From Thermodesulfobium acidiphilum (GTDB taxonomy: Bacteria; Thermodesulfobiota; Thermodesulfobiia; Thermodesulfobiales; Thermodesulfobiaceae), in the NCBI RefSeq assembly GCF_003057965.1, contig NZ_CP020921.1:1228916-1292915 (forward strand): a stretch of 64,000 bases of DNA, in the 5' to 3' direction. Of this stretch, positions 52,428 through 62,191 are shown one piece after another. A program made the translations under genes and the position numbers. The notes beneath the pieces were generated by a model. The model did no database searches. It was not told the origin of the DNA and worked only from the letters and a program-made list of their open reading frames with translations. Positions within the stretch are counted from its first letter, which is position 1; each line of letters opens with the position of its first letter.

Positions 52428-53013
52428 ACAGTACCTCCAAATTCTCTTTTTTGCAGTAATAGTTCCAGGCTTCAATTGATACCGGGTGAAGCTCTTGGTA
52501 ATTATCCATTAAATATTTAAAGCTATAAGTAAAACACCACAAAAAAACTTTTTCAATTTCAGCAGGCAATAATTTTCGTACATTAAGCACGCTATCATCT
52601 ATGTGTGATCCTTCCGTAATGGCAATCTTATCTGCCATAAAGAGTGTTGCTGCCATTTTGCCCATATTCACTGCCCCAGTTGTGTGTAAACAAATTGATT
52701 CATATATCTCCCAATCAAATATGCCCAGCTTATCAATTAGCCAATTCGCAGCTATCTGACCATGAAGCAAAATTGGTCTTTTTTTGTCTAAAGTAGAGAT
52801 ATTTATTTTATATTTTTTTGCTTCACTTAACATATCTTCAGAAGACAACGGTCTTGCAGTGTCATGCATTAAAGCAGCTATATATGTTCTATCAACATCT
52901 ACTCCCATAATAGATGCAATAGATTTTGCTTCTTCCGCAACAGCTATTGTATGGCGAAACCTGTATGTATTTCCAAGTCTATCCTTTACAAACTCTAAAA
53001 CTTTATCTACCAA
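52414..53013 (-). CDS. yqeK: HD-domain Ap4A hydrolase YqeK
   Basis: RFRHT, ALMHD, LLHG, HTTG, ADK; adjacent to rsfS. Confidence 0.88.
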   Translation of the reverse strand: MVDKVLEFVKDRLGNTYRFRHTIAVAEEAKSIASIMGVDVDRTYIAALMHDTARPLSSEDMLSEAKKYKINISTLDKKRPILLHGQIAANWLIDKLGIFDWEIYESICLHTTGAVNMGKMAATLFMADKIAITEGSHIDDSVLNVRKLLPAEIEKVFLWCFTYSFKYLMDNYQELHPVSIEAWNYYCKKENLEVLFGKR

Positions 53014-53091
53014 AAAACTTCCCTACCTTTTCAAAATTTATTTTATCTGTTAATATTATACATATTTTGTATATACAAAGGAGGCGAAACA

Positions 53092-53280
53092 ATGTCAAAA
53101 TTTTGTGCAATATGTGGCAAGGGTCCTTCAACAGGCAATAATGTTAGCCACTCCAACAGGAAGACACGCCGCCGTTTTTTGCCAAACCTTCAGAAAATAA
53201 AAGTAAATCTTGAAGGAAGTATAAAAAATGTTTACGTTTGCACACGCTGTATAAAGTCAAACAAAGTTTCACGCGCATAA
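53092..53280 (+). CDS. rpmB: 50S ribosomal protein L28
   Basis: CAICGK...[18 protein letters not shown]...CTRC. Confidence 0.97.
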   Translation: MSKFCAICGKGPSTGNNVSHSNRKTRRRFLPNLQKIKVNLEGSIKNVYVCTRCIKSNKVSRA

Positions 53281-53313
53281 AGGGGGACAATCTTAGTTAT
53301 CCCCCTCCTTTTT
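53281..53313. terminator. Probable terminator between convergent rpmB and pilT
   Basis: AGGGGGA...TCCCCCT stem followed by CC and a T-run. Confidence 0.5.
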
Positions 53314-54424
53314 GGGAGTCCGTAATTTCTCCAAATGCATCTGCGCTGTTATAAACTCCTCTCAACATCTGTTCAAGCTCACTAGGCCTATAAGAAGCGT
53401 TAAGTGCAGTAGTCTTATTAATTTTTCCTTCTTGAAATAATTTAAAAAGTGCTTGATTAAGAGTACTCATAGAATTGAATTGACCATTTTTTATATCAAT
53501 ATACATATCATCTAATCTTGCTTCAGCTATTAAATCTTTTATGTGTGGAGTTACAACCATTACTTCACAAGCCACAATTCTTCCCTTTTTATCAATAGTA
53601 GGCAAAAGAGTTTGTGATATAACAACTTTTAGAGTTTCAGATAGTCTTAATCTTACAAAATGCTGCTGTTCTGCAGGAAAGGTATTCACAATTCTATCAA
53701 CAGTAGAATAAGAATTATTTGTGTGTAATGTTGATAACACGAGATGACCTGTTTCAGCAGCTAGAAAGGCAGAATTAATGGTTTCTTGATCTCTCATTTC
53801 ACCAATAAATATAATGTCTGGATCTTCACGAAGAGCATATCTCAAAGCCTCAGGGAAGCTTCTTACATCCACACCAACTTCTCTTTGAATAATGTTTGAT
53901 TTTTTATCAGTGAAAACATACTCTATAGGATCTTCAACGGTTATAATATTCACACTTTTCAAGCTGTTAAAATCGTCAATCATTGAAGCCATAGTAGTAG
54001 ATTTTCCAGAACCTGTTGGACCTGTTACAAGAATCAAACCCTGTCTAAAATTTCTAATTTTTTCAATCACATCGGGTAAAGAAAGTTCTTCCCATGAGTA
54101 AGGATTCATAGGCAATATTCTTAATGCGATACCTATTGTTCCTCTATTAAAGTAAATATTCGCACGGCATCTAGATTTATTTTCGTATGTAAAACCAAAA
54201 TCAAGACCAAGCTCTGTAAACATCCTCTTTTGCTGCTCTGGTGTTAAAAGCTGTAATATTATTTTTCTTAGTTCCTCATCTTTAAAAAAAGGTAAATAAG
54301 AAACTTTTCCAAGTTTACCATGAATTCTAAATATAGGATACGAATCACTCTTAAGATGAATATCGCTTGCTTCCAACCTTAGGGCTTCATCAAAAACCTG
54401 AGCAAATAAAGGATCAAATATCAC
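53297..54424 (-). CDS. pilT: PilT/PilU family type IV pilus retraction ATPase
   Basis: ASDIHL, GPTGSGKST, TVEDPIE, ALREDPD, GEMRD, TGHLVLSTLHTN. Confidence 0.92.
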   Translation of the reverse strand: MIFDPLFAQVFDEALRLEASDIHLKSDSYPIFRIHGKLGKVSYLPFFKDEELRKIILQLLTPEQQKRMFTELGLDFGFTYENKSRCRANIYFNRGTIGIALRILPMNPYSWEELSLPDVIEKIRNFRQGLILVTGPTGSGKSTTMASMIDDFNSLKSVNIITVEDPIEYVFTDKKSNIIQREVGVDVRSFPEALRYALREDPDIIFIGEMRDQETINSAFLAAETGHLVLSTLHTNNSYSTVDRIVNTFPAEQQHFVRLRLSETLKVVISQTLLPTIDKKGRIVACEVMVVTPHIKDLIAEARLDDMYIDIKNGQFNSMSTLNQALFKLFQEGKINKTTALNASYRPSELEQMLRGVYNSADAFGEITDSQKGGG

Positions 54425-54740
54425 CTGTAGGCACCGGTAAACCAGCTAATTTGCTTAATAAATAAAGGTATCCATCCTTATACTGCATTGGAAAAAGCTC
54501 TGATATATCCCTTTCACTTAAATCAAACTCTTTTTTTATTTGCTTCTTTGGAGGCATAACTTTGTCAACTTCATAATATTTTCTTACGTAATCAATAATT
54601 TTCCAATGAATATCTCTAAGCACAATATTGTTTTCTTTAGCTACAGCTTCAGCAAATTCTTTTGTCCAAAGATTGTAATCTAATAAATTCCCTTCCTGAT
54701 CTACATAATATTCATTCTTATTAACTTTAAATATTCTCAA
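54414..54740 (-). CDS. DsrC/TusE-family protein lacking both C-terminal cysteines (RspA-like)
   Basis: VDQEGNL...W...HWKIIDYVRKYY...LFP...KLAGLPVPTG fold motifs; no Cys in the sequence. Confidence 0.85.
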   Translation of the reverse strand: MRIFKVNKNEYYVDQEGNLLDYNLWTKEFAEAVAKENNIVLRDIHWKIIDYVRKYYEVDKVMPPKKQIKKEFDLSERDISELFPMQYKDGYLYLLSKLAGLPVPTGDI

Positions 54741-54872
54741 TTAACCACTCCATAATTTTCCTTTATTATATCACAAATTCTGATGATTAAAAATTTTGAT
54801 CTAGATCAACTTTTACAATTTTAAATAATTTAAAATAAAATGATATAACTTAATAACTTTAAGGAGAGAATT

Positions 54873-55502
54873 ATGAATCTAGAAACTCTAAAAAAATTTC
54901 CTATGAGTTTTTATGCTCCAGACGGAATTTTAAGCCATCTTCAACTGAAATTGCTTTTAGAATTATCTAATAGGGGCTTTGAAGTAATTTTGTCTGGTAA
55001 TTCATCAATTACTATACCAAATCTAGATTCTTTAACAAAAGAAAAATTAAAAGAGGCAGGTTTTTTACAAATACCACACATGGAAAACAAAGTATTTTAT
55101 GCCCAAACTTGCCTTTCGAAACCATATTGTCCCATGTCCAGACAGAATGCTAGAAGTTTATCGAAAAGAATAAACGAAAATTACTATGGAATGGTTACTC
55201 CCGCAAAAGTAAAAATATCTATTAGTGGGTGTCCAAACGGGTGTAGTGAACCTTTAGTAAGAGATATCGGAATAATGGGTTATCCTACTGGATATACCTT
55301 AACTATTGGAGGGTTTGCTGGAAGAAATGGTGGTATAGGTGAAGTAATATCATCAAATTTAGACGAAAATCAAACAGTGGATACACTAGGAAAATTACTT
55401 GCCGTTTATAAAGCTTACGCACAAGAAAAGGAAAGAATGCATAAATTTTTAAGAAGGTTGGGCTTAGAGTTTATTAAAGAAAAAATGGAGAGTGCAGAAT
55501 AA
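54873..55502 (+). CDS. Stand-alone nitrite/sulfite reductase 4Fe-4S domain protein
   Basis: CLSKPYC...KISISGCPNGC (CX5C..CX3C), DIGIMG, IGG, ER. Confidence 0.85.
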   Translation: MNLETLKKFPMSFYAPDGILSHLQLKLLLELSNRGFEVILSGNSSITIPNLDSLTKEKLKEAGFLQIPHMENKVFYAQTCLSKPYCPMSRQNARSLSKRINENYYGMVTPAKVKISISGCPNGCSEPLVRDIGIMGYPTGYTLTIGGFAGRNGGIGEVISSNLDENQTVDTLGKLLAVYKAYAQEKERMHKFLRRLGLEFIKEKMESAE

Positions 55503-55529
55503 ACTACATTCTCCAAATAAAATTTTAGA

Positions 55530-57149
55530 TCAATATTCATCCCATGTTATATAAGGCTTCTTAAGATCAACCATAGCATTAACCATCAGCTCAACTAGCC
55601 CACCGTAAGTAAGATTGAATTTATCCTTGCAGTTATAATGTGCAAAAATATCTCTGATTGTACCTTTACAATTTGAACACGGAGCACATACATATTTTGG
55701 TATATTAGGATTCAATTCATCCTTGAAAGCATTCAAAATTTGATTCAGCTTCATTCTTGATGAAACTTTATTTCTCCATTGAGGAAAATTCAAACCTTGC
55801 ATAATAGCAAATCCAGATCCCCCACCACAGCAATAATTATAGACACCATTTGGATGCATTTCTCTCCACCTTGGAGCAATAGTGTTTAATATATTCCTTT
55901 GAGGCATAACTATTCCCATATTCCTTACTATATTACATGGATCATGAAGGGTAACTGGAAAATTATTCTTCGATGGATCAAATTTTATAGCACCACTCTT
56001 ATAAATTTCCCAAAATAAAGGCAAACAGGATTCTCTTGAAATTTCTGAACTAGCAAGATCACCTGTAAGAATTCTGTCTCCAATAACACAAAATGCTTTT
56101 GTAGAGTGTCCACATTCACCAATAACTATTCTTTTAACACCCAGATCTTTCCCAATCTTTGCTTGCCTTAAAACTACTCTCGCAGCCTCAATATCATCAT
56201 TCCAAAGACCATAGTTAATATTATCATATCCAACGGGTTCATCAGAGATTGTCCAGCTTATACCAGCAGCATCAAATAATATAGCAAATGCGGCTGGATT
56301 TTCATGCCAGGAAACGAATTCACCAGCATTATGAAGCAGTAATATGTCAGCACCCTTTTTATTGATGGGAAATTTAATTTTAATCCCAGTCTTTTCATAT
56401 GTATCTTCCTCAATAAATTCCAGGTAGTCTCTCAGAGCCATCGGAGAAAGTCCAGTAGAAGAACCAACTGATAGTTGTAGTCGCGAACCCTTCTCCAGTA
56501 TTTCAACTGGGGATATTCCCAATTCTTGACTCAAAAGGACTCTGATTTCTCTTGCAAGATAACCATTATCTATACCTACAGGGCATCTTTGTGCACACCT
56601 TCTACAAAGATTACATCTGTGAGCTAATTCTGCTAATCTATATATAGTCTTCCAATTAAGTTCCACATCGGCACCCACAAAAGATCCTAAAAGCTTTCCT
56701 TCAGGTGTAAAGTATTTCTTATATATCCTCCTTAGTATTTCTATTCGATAAGTAGGTCTATAAATTTCTTGTCTTCCGCTAGCAATAAATACATGACACG
56801 CCTCAGAACAGGTTTGGCATCTTACACAATAGTCCAAACCAGTTTTTAAAATTTGCAACATAGTCCAGTTATTTTTTGGGTCCAAAAGTTTCTCAAACCC
56901 ACTTAAAAATTTTCTGACAATTTCGTTCTCTTCTTCTCTAGTTTTAGGTGGATACAAATTACTAAGTGCTACATGACCATCCAAATACCAATCGTAGGTG
57001 TTCTTTATTTTTTCACTAGGTGGCTCAAGTGGAGTTTCTTCATTTTTATCTATACCTAGAATATCTATTAAGTCATCAATCTCAATAGGAGCCATGGGCT
57101 CACTAAGATCTTTTGAAATATCGTTAAATGGCGGTCTTTTTATTGCCAT
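55530..57149 (-). CDS. DsrK/HdrD-like Fe-S oxidoreductase with CCG domain
   Basis: CVRCQTCSEAC, CNLCRRCAQRC, GECGH, HDPC, CCGGGSG, PCSNC; ATG 57149 follows AGGAG. Confidence 0.88.
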   Translation of the reverse strand: MAIKRPPFNDISKDLSEPMAPIEIDDLIDILGIDKNEETPLEPPSEKIKNTYDWYLDGHVALSNLYPPKTREEENEIVRKFLSGFEKLLDPKNNWTMLQILKTGLDYCVRCQTCSEACHVFIASGRQEIYRPTYRIEILRRIYKKYFTPEGKLLGSFVGADVELNWKTIYRLAELAHRCNLCRRCAQRCPVGIDNGYLAREIRVLLSQELGISPVEILEKGSRLQLSVGSSTGLSPMALRDYLEFIEEDTYEKTGIKIKFPINKKGADILLLHNAGEFVSWHENPAAFAILFDAAGISWTISDEPVGYDNINYGLWNDDIEAARVVLRQAKIGKDLGVKRIVIGECGHSTKAFCVIGDRILTGDLASSEISRESCLPLFWEIYKSGAIKFDPSKNNFPVTLHDPCNIVRNMGIVMPQRNILNTIAPRWREMHPNGVYNYCCGGGSGFAIMQGLNFPQWRNKVSSRMKLNQILNAFKDELNPNIPKYVCAPCSNCKGTIRDIFAHYNCKDKFNLTYGGLVELMVNAMVDLKKPYITWDEY

Positions 57150-58044
57150 TGTTATTACTCCTTTCTCCCACTTTAAGATTGGTAGCAACCTCAGCCCATG
57201 AAGCGCCAGGTATAGCATGAGAAGCAGACCAGAACTGCTTATATTTTAATTGCTCTTGAATAATTAAATCAATTTTTTCCCCTTTCAAATTAAGAGCATC
57301 ATCCCACATAATACTATGCCATGTCCAATACTTTATTGGAGCATGCATAAACTTTGAAAACGGAAAATAAAACAGGAAAAATTGAAACAGGAAAAATTGA
57401 ACAATTACAAAATTAGATATATTTACAGGCTTAAACGATATAACTGAGCCAAGATACTTTAAAATATCGTGATTTGCATCAAACAAAAAGGTTGAGAAAG
57501 TTGCCAAAAACAAAAAAAGGAGCAGAAAAAGATTAAAAAAATCTAAAGGAGTCGTATAAATCCTCAGCTCCTGTGAAAATATTCTTCTTAGAATCAAAAT
57601 AAATGATCCCAATAATCCAAATGCTCCAGCTACAATTCCAAAAATACTCGATAGTTGTATCAAAAAATAAAAAGGCCAAAAAACAGAAAAAACTGATAAG
57701 AGAATCCATCCAAATAATAAATATAGTCCCCAATGCAAAAGTAAAGACGGAAACCAAAGACCATAAATATTGTATTCTTTTACTCTTTTCAAGAAAAGGA
57801 CTTCTCTAAGGATTTCGATTATATCGTTTGTCCAGATATGTTTTAGTCCTTTTTTTACTTCTTCCACGTAGTTTGCATCTTCCATATAACTACCACCATA
57901 ACTATACTTTGGATCATGGGCTACTGGATATAACTCTACTCTTAGATGTAAAGGCATATTGTTAACTTTTAATAATTTAATAAAAGATCCAAGAAAAAAA
58001 CATATTACAGAAAACCATGCAAAATAGATCATAAATTGTCCCAA
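57124..58044 (-). CDS. DsrM/NarI-like membrane cytochrome b
   Basis: LRVELYPV, LHWGLY, LRR, YFPFSKFMH; overlaps the DsrK-like gene. Confidence 0.85.
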   Translation of the reverse strand: MGQFMIYFAWFSVICFFLGSFIKLLKVNNMPLHLRVELYPVAHDPKYSYGGSYMEDANYVEEVKKGLKHIWTNDIIEILREVLFLKRVKEYNIYGLWFPSLLLHWGLYLLFGWILLSVFSVFWPFYFLIQLSSIFGIVAGAFGLLGSFILILRRIFSQELRIYTTPLDFFNLFLLLFLFLATFSTFLFDANHDILKYLGSVISFKPVNISNFVIVQFFLFQFFLFYFPFSKFMHAPIKYWTWHSIMWDDALNLKGEKIDLIIQEQLKYKQFWSASHAIPGASWAEVATNLKVGERSNNNGNKKTAI

Positions 58045-58118
58045 TTTTATCTCCTTATTTGAAATGATGTATATAGAAAATTATTTTATCACATAAATTC
58101 ACTGTATTATTAAAAAAA

Positions 58119-58876
58119 GTAACGTACATAATTTCCTGTAAAAGGGAAATGATTATCAATAAAGAAATATAAAAGGTCATCATCCTCTAATAGAGTATAG
58201 GGTTAGCTAAACCAAAACTATCGGAGGTGGACGATGACCAAATATAATATTACCTTAGATAAGGAAATTTTGCACTACCTTTTTTCAAGTAATGACAAAG
58301 GCATAAAAATGTTATTAGAACAAATATTAAACCAGATTCTTGAACAGCAAAGAACAGAGCAAGTTAATGCTGAACTCTATGAGCATACAGAGGATAGAAA
58401 GGCATACAGAAATGGTTATAAAACAAGATGGTAATAAGAAGATTTTAAAGTAAGATCATGCAGCGCATTAATTGCAACACGGATAAATGCCAAGGGATAT
58501 ATGGAAATACTTGGAATAGAAATTGGAAACAGTGAGTCAAATAGAAGACTTTTAAATACAACAATTAAGATACAACAATTAAGACCTTTTTCAAAAACTG
58601 CAAATAAAGCCTATGGATATATTAGAACAGGGATTTGATGATGCTGCAAGTATTATGATACTTGCAAAACATTTATAGAAAAAAGCTACGTACTACAAAT
58701 AGTATCGAACGATTAAATGAAGAAATTCGACGTAGAGAAAGAGTAATACGTATATTTCCAAACAGGGAATCAGCAATGAGACTAATAGGAGTACTATTAA
58801 TGGAGCAAGATGAATTGTGGTTAACTGTAATTGATTTTGTCAGAGGATGAATTTACAGAAAAAATTGTACTTGATC
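58119..58876 (+). mobile_element. Internally deleted IS256-family element, copy 2
   Basis: Same terminal IRs and near-identical 5' ~420 bp as copy 1; 8-bp TAAAAAAA duplication on both flanks; C-terminal LRTTNSIERLNEEIRRR...IFPN fragment. Confidence 0.9.
58234..58850 (+). pseudogene. IS256 transposase fragments
   Basis: Identical 66-aa N-terminal ORF plus frameshifted C-terminal fragment; most of the DDE core deleted. Confidence 0.88.
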
Positions 58877-59012
58877 TAAAAAAATTATTATTTTCATATT
58901 TTACTGAAAATTCAGTCTGAACATTTAACTTTAATTTTTAAGTTTGGACTATATCTGGTAAACTAAAAGTTGATTAATTAAGTTGAAAATTAAAGCATGT
59001 CTTTTAAAAATA

Positions 59013-59060
59013 TAAACTGGTACTATACCCTTGAATTTCTTATAGCATAGCACCAGTTTA
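59013..59060 (-). terminator. Probable terminator of hdr-mvh operon
   Basis: TAAACTGGTGCTAT...ATAGTACCAGTTTA stem on minus strand followed by TATTTTT. Confidence 0.6.
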
Positions 59061-59081
59061 ATTTAAAATTGAGTTAATTTT

Positions 59082-59573
59082 TTAAACTTTACACTTTTCA
59101 GAATTATTAAGTAAGTTTATAATTCTTTCTACTACCACATCAATTGCCTTTTGCACCATTGGAGTACAATCTGTTCCAAATGTTTCACTATCAAGAAGCT
59201 CTATGGTAAAAATCTTTATATCTTTTGGCATATCATTACCTAGAATTTCCATTCCAATCTTTAAAGTTGATGATAAAGATATATTATGAGATCCAGAATA
59301 TGTAAGGGTATGCAACAAATCTTCGGGGGACATCTCCTTTATGGTGCCAGGAACGTTCCCTAAACGAATACCATCAACAATTATTGCTCTTTCATACCCA
59401 TAAAGAGCATCCAATACATCAAAATCAGTGGTCATCAAGATATGCGTATCTACAAAACCCTCTAACTTTTTAGCCACTTTAATCCCAACTGAATCATCAG
59501 TTAGCACAGGATTTCCAATTCCTAAGACTACTGTTTTACCCTTTCTTTCAATACTTCTTTTATCAAAATCCAA
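59082..59573 (-). CDS. Hydrogenase maturation protease
   Basis: LGIGNPVLTDDSVG, IIVDG, SHN. Confidence 0.92.
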   Translation of the reverse strand: MDFDKRSIERKGKTVVLGIGNPVLTDDSVGIKVAKKLEGFVDTHILMTTDFDVLDALYGYERAIIVDGIRLGNVPGTIKEMSPEDLLHTLTYSGSHNISLSSTLKIGMEILGNDMPKDIKIFTIELLDSETFGTDCTPMVQKAIDVVVERIINLLNNSEKCKV

Positions 59574-59597
59574 AACAATTACCTACCCAATCATCTA

Positions 59598-61061
59598 TTA
59601 AAAATTCTTAAGCGTTTTATAAAGTTTACCATCACAATCATATATGTCTATCTGCAAAGGATCGTGCCCAGGAAGAGCATGGGTAGCACACGCAAGACAA
59701 AGGTCATATGGTCTATAAGCTAACTCTACCATATTAAGCAGTCCCTCATTTACAACTCCATTCTTTATAAAGTTTTGTGCAGCACGTTTTACAGCTATAT
59801 TTATGGGACCTTTATTGTGAGTCGTAGCTACGATAAGATTAGCCTTTTCTACAATACCTTTTTCATCAGTTATATAATGATGAATCAGCGTACCTCTCGG
59901 AGCTTCTACTATTCCTACTCCTTCTGATGCAGGCCCTAACTTTGACCTTACATCTGGATTGCATAAAGATTCATCCTTTGCTATTTCACGAATATTTTCC
60001 GCAGCACAAAGAAGCTCTATAGCTCTTGCCCAGTGATAACCCATAATGTTGTGAACCGGTTTATGCCCAAAAACGTCAAACATCTTCTCATATGCTTGTT
60101 GAGCTAATGGAGTAGGCATTCCACTTGCTACATTTAATCTTGGAAGTGGACCAACACTATAAAGGCTTGTATCAGGACCATCAACTACACCCTTCCAACC
60201 TTTCTGTTTCAAATAAGGCATCTTCAGATAGCTCCATGGTAGAACTCTTTCAGAAATATAGTTAAGATATTCTTTGCCTTTGAATCTTGCTATTTCTTTA
60301 CCATTTGTATCTACAAATTTTTGTGTACCATCGTAAAAGGCTACTTTGTCGTTTTCATCTACAGAACCAAGATAATTGGTAACTACTTTATACACATCCC
60401 CAGTAACCAATTTTACATACTCAGGATTTTTAAGAACTACATCTTCAAAGATTTTTAAAGTTAGCTGCCCTAGTTCTACCATTTCTTCAGCCAAAGCCAT
60501 TATCTCTTTTCTTTCTTCTTGAGTAACTCTTTTTGACCAACCACCTGGAAGAGCTGCAACTGGATGTATAGGCTTGCCGCCCAACATTTCCAAAATTTTA
60601 ACTGCTGCATATCTTTTCTTTAAAACCAATTTTCCAGTTTCAGCTCCAACAGCGTTAACCAAACCAATAAGGTTTCTCTCGGCAGGATTAGCCGTTGGCC
60701 CTACTACAAAATCAGGGAAACCAAGAGCATATAATATCGCAGCATGATCTTCTACATAATGCGCGTTGAAGAACAGCTCTCTTATCTTACGGGCTGTAGG
60801 AGTAGGTTCCACATTATAAACTCCATCAGATGCCTTCATAGAAGCAGTGAAGTGTACCGCACGACATACTCCACAAATAGTTGAAACTGTTCGTGGAACT
60901 TCCTCTATAGGCATACCTTGCACGAAACGCTCATATCCCCTCAGCTCAACCACCTGAAAAAAAGCGTTATCTACATTTCCCTTCTCGTCCAAGAATATAC
61001 TTATTTTGCCGTGTCCTTCAAGACGAGTCATAGGATTAATTTCAATCTTTGTTAAAGCCAT
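59598..61061 (-). CDS. mvhA: [NiFe] hydrogenase large subunit, MvhA (group 3c)
   Basis: PMTRLEGHG, L1 ICGVC, EAPRGTLIHHY, L2 YDLCLACATH plus cleavable tail; alternative GTG start at 61130. Confidence 0.92.
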   Translation of the reverse strand: MALTKIEINPMTRLEGHGKISIFLDEKGNVDNAFFQVVELRGYERFVQGMPIEEVPRTVSTICGVCRAVHFTASMKASDGVYNVEPTPTARKIRELFFNAHYVEDHAAILYALGFPDFVVGPTANPAERNLIGLVNAVGAETGKLVLKKRYAAVKILEMLGGKPIHPVAALPGGWSKRVTQEERKEIMALAEEMVELGQLTLKIFEDVVLKNPEYVKLVTGDVYKVVTNYLGSVDENDKVAFYDGTQKFVDTNGKEIARFKGKEYLNYISERVLPWSYLKMPYLKQKGWKGVVDGPDTSLYSVGPLPRLNVASGMPTPLAQQAYEKMFDVFGHKPVHNIMGYHWARAIELLCAAENIREIAKDESLCNPDVRSKLGPASEGVGIVEAPRGTLIHHYITDEKGIVEKANLIVATTHNKGPINIAVKRAAQNFIKNGVVNEGLLNMVELAYRPYDLCLACATHALPGHDPLQIDIYDCDGKLYKTLKNF

Positions 61062-61222
61062 ATCACTTCTCACTCCTTCTTTACTTTTCTGTCCACCGTG
61101 GAAAAGGTTTAAGATTCTCGAAAAATCCACTTATTCTCCCCCCTTAGGTACGAGAATATAAGTTTTTACTTCCCTTATTAAGAAAGCTATGGGGTAAACC
61201 CTGTCATTAATAAATATCATCT

Positions 61223-62191
61223 CTATGCCTTTTTCACTTTTTTACCCAGCATAGATGAAGGAAGCGAATACCGATAGAACAATTTTACAGGACTAGGTAT
61301 TTGTTCTACTAACTCTTCATTATCAAGTATTGATGCTATAGCGCTTATTGCTCTTAGTCCGAAATCTTTTACTCCAGGTATTGGTCCGCCGCAACCCGCA
61401 CACGGGATATTTACCTTGGTACAAAGAGCCCCACAGTCTCCCTGAGTAATAGGTCCTAGACACATATAACCCTGTTGAAGCAAACACTTGTTTTCATCTG
61501 GATCTCCTTCTATTGTCCTTCTCACTTCTTTTACCAGTTCTCTCTTCTCATCTGTATTTCGTGGGTTTCTTGGACACACATCACATACAGCCTTACCATT
61601 TGTTATCCATGAACCCTTAGGAGGCAATTCTCCTTTCAAAATAGCTACAAGAGCGTTTAGTACCACAGAATGGTGAGGCGGACACCCTCCGATAAAATAG
61701 TCAACATCAATTACTGATTGAATAGGTCTCACATAAGGATAAAATTCAGGCAGTGTAAGATCATACTTTCCGTCCATAAGATAATGAGGTTGAGGTGTTA
61801 TGCCATCCGGATTATCAGTGCTAAACGTATCAAAGTACGCAGTCTGGAATATGTCTTCTTTTGTATGCATATTCGCCATACCGGGAATACCACCCATAGC
61901 GGCGCACGCTCCATAAGCAACTACTACGTTACACTTTGCCCTCATAACCTTAGACATATGTTCATGTTCGTCTAAGCGAATCATTCCAGAAATAAGTCCA
62001 ACATCAACTGATTTATCGGGCATAGCCTCTAAGTCTTTGTATTTCACATCAGCAACTGTAGGCGCCCAAAACACTACTTCTAGAGAGGGTAGTACATCTA
62101 CAAGGGTCTCCGAAATATCAACTATAGCCATATCACAACCGCCGCAGGCCCCCGCCATTAAAACAGCCAATCTAAGTTTTTTGTCTGCCAT
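61223..62191 (-). CDS. mvhG: [NiFe] hydrogenase small subunit MvhG
   Basis: CGGC, YGACA, GCPP, CDVC, CLLQQGYMCLGP, CGALC, CAGC. Confidence 0.92.
   Translation of the reverse strand: MADKKLRLAVLMAGACGGCDMAIVDISETLVDVLPSLEVVFWAPTVADVKYKDLEAMPDKSVDVGLISGMIRLDEHEHMSKVMRAKCNVVVAYGACAAMGGIPGMANMHTKEDIFQTAYFDTFSTDNPDGITPQPHYLMDGKYDLTLPEFYPYVRPIQSVIDVDYFIGGCPPHHSVVLNALVAILKGELPPKGSWITNGKAVCDVCPRNPRNTDEKRELVKEVRRTIEGDPDENKCLLQQGYMCLGPITQGDCGALCTKVNIPCAGCGGPIPGVKDFGLRAISAIASILDNEELVEQIPSPVKLFYRYSLPSSMLGKKVKKA

Noticed and set aside
57150-57218. ORF-track start of the DsrK-like gene
   Set aside because: Lies deep in dsrM; ATG 57149 has the RBS
58557-58584. 14-bp tandem repeat TACAACAATTAAGA x2
   Set aside because: Slippage within a dead transposase; no independent meaning
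61062-61222. Possible structured RNA or riboswitch between mvhG and mvhA
   Set aside because: Only short weak hairpins; no recognisable riboswitch or SECIS, and no in-frame TGA in the mvh genes
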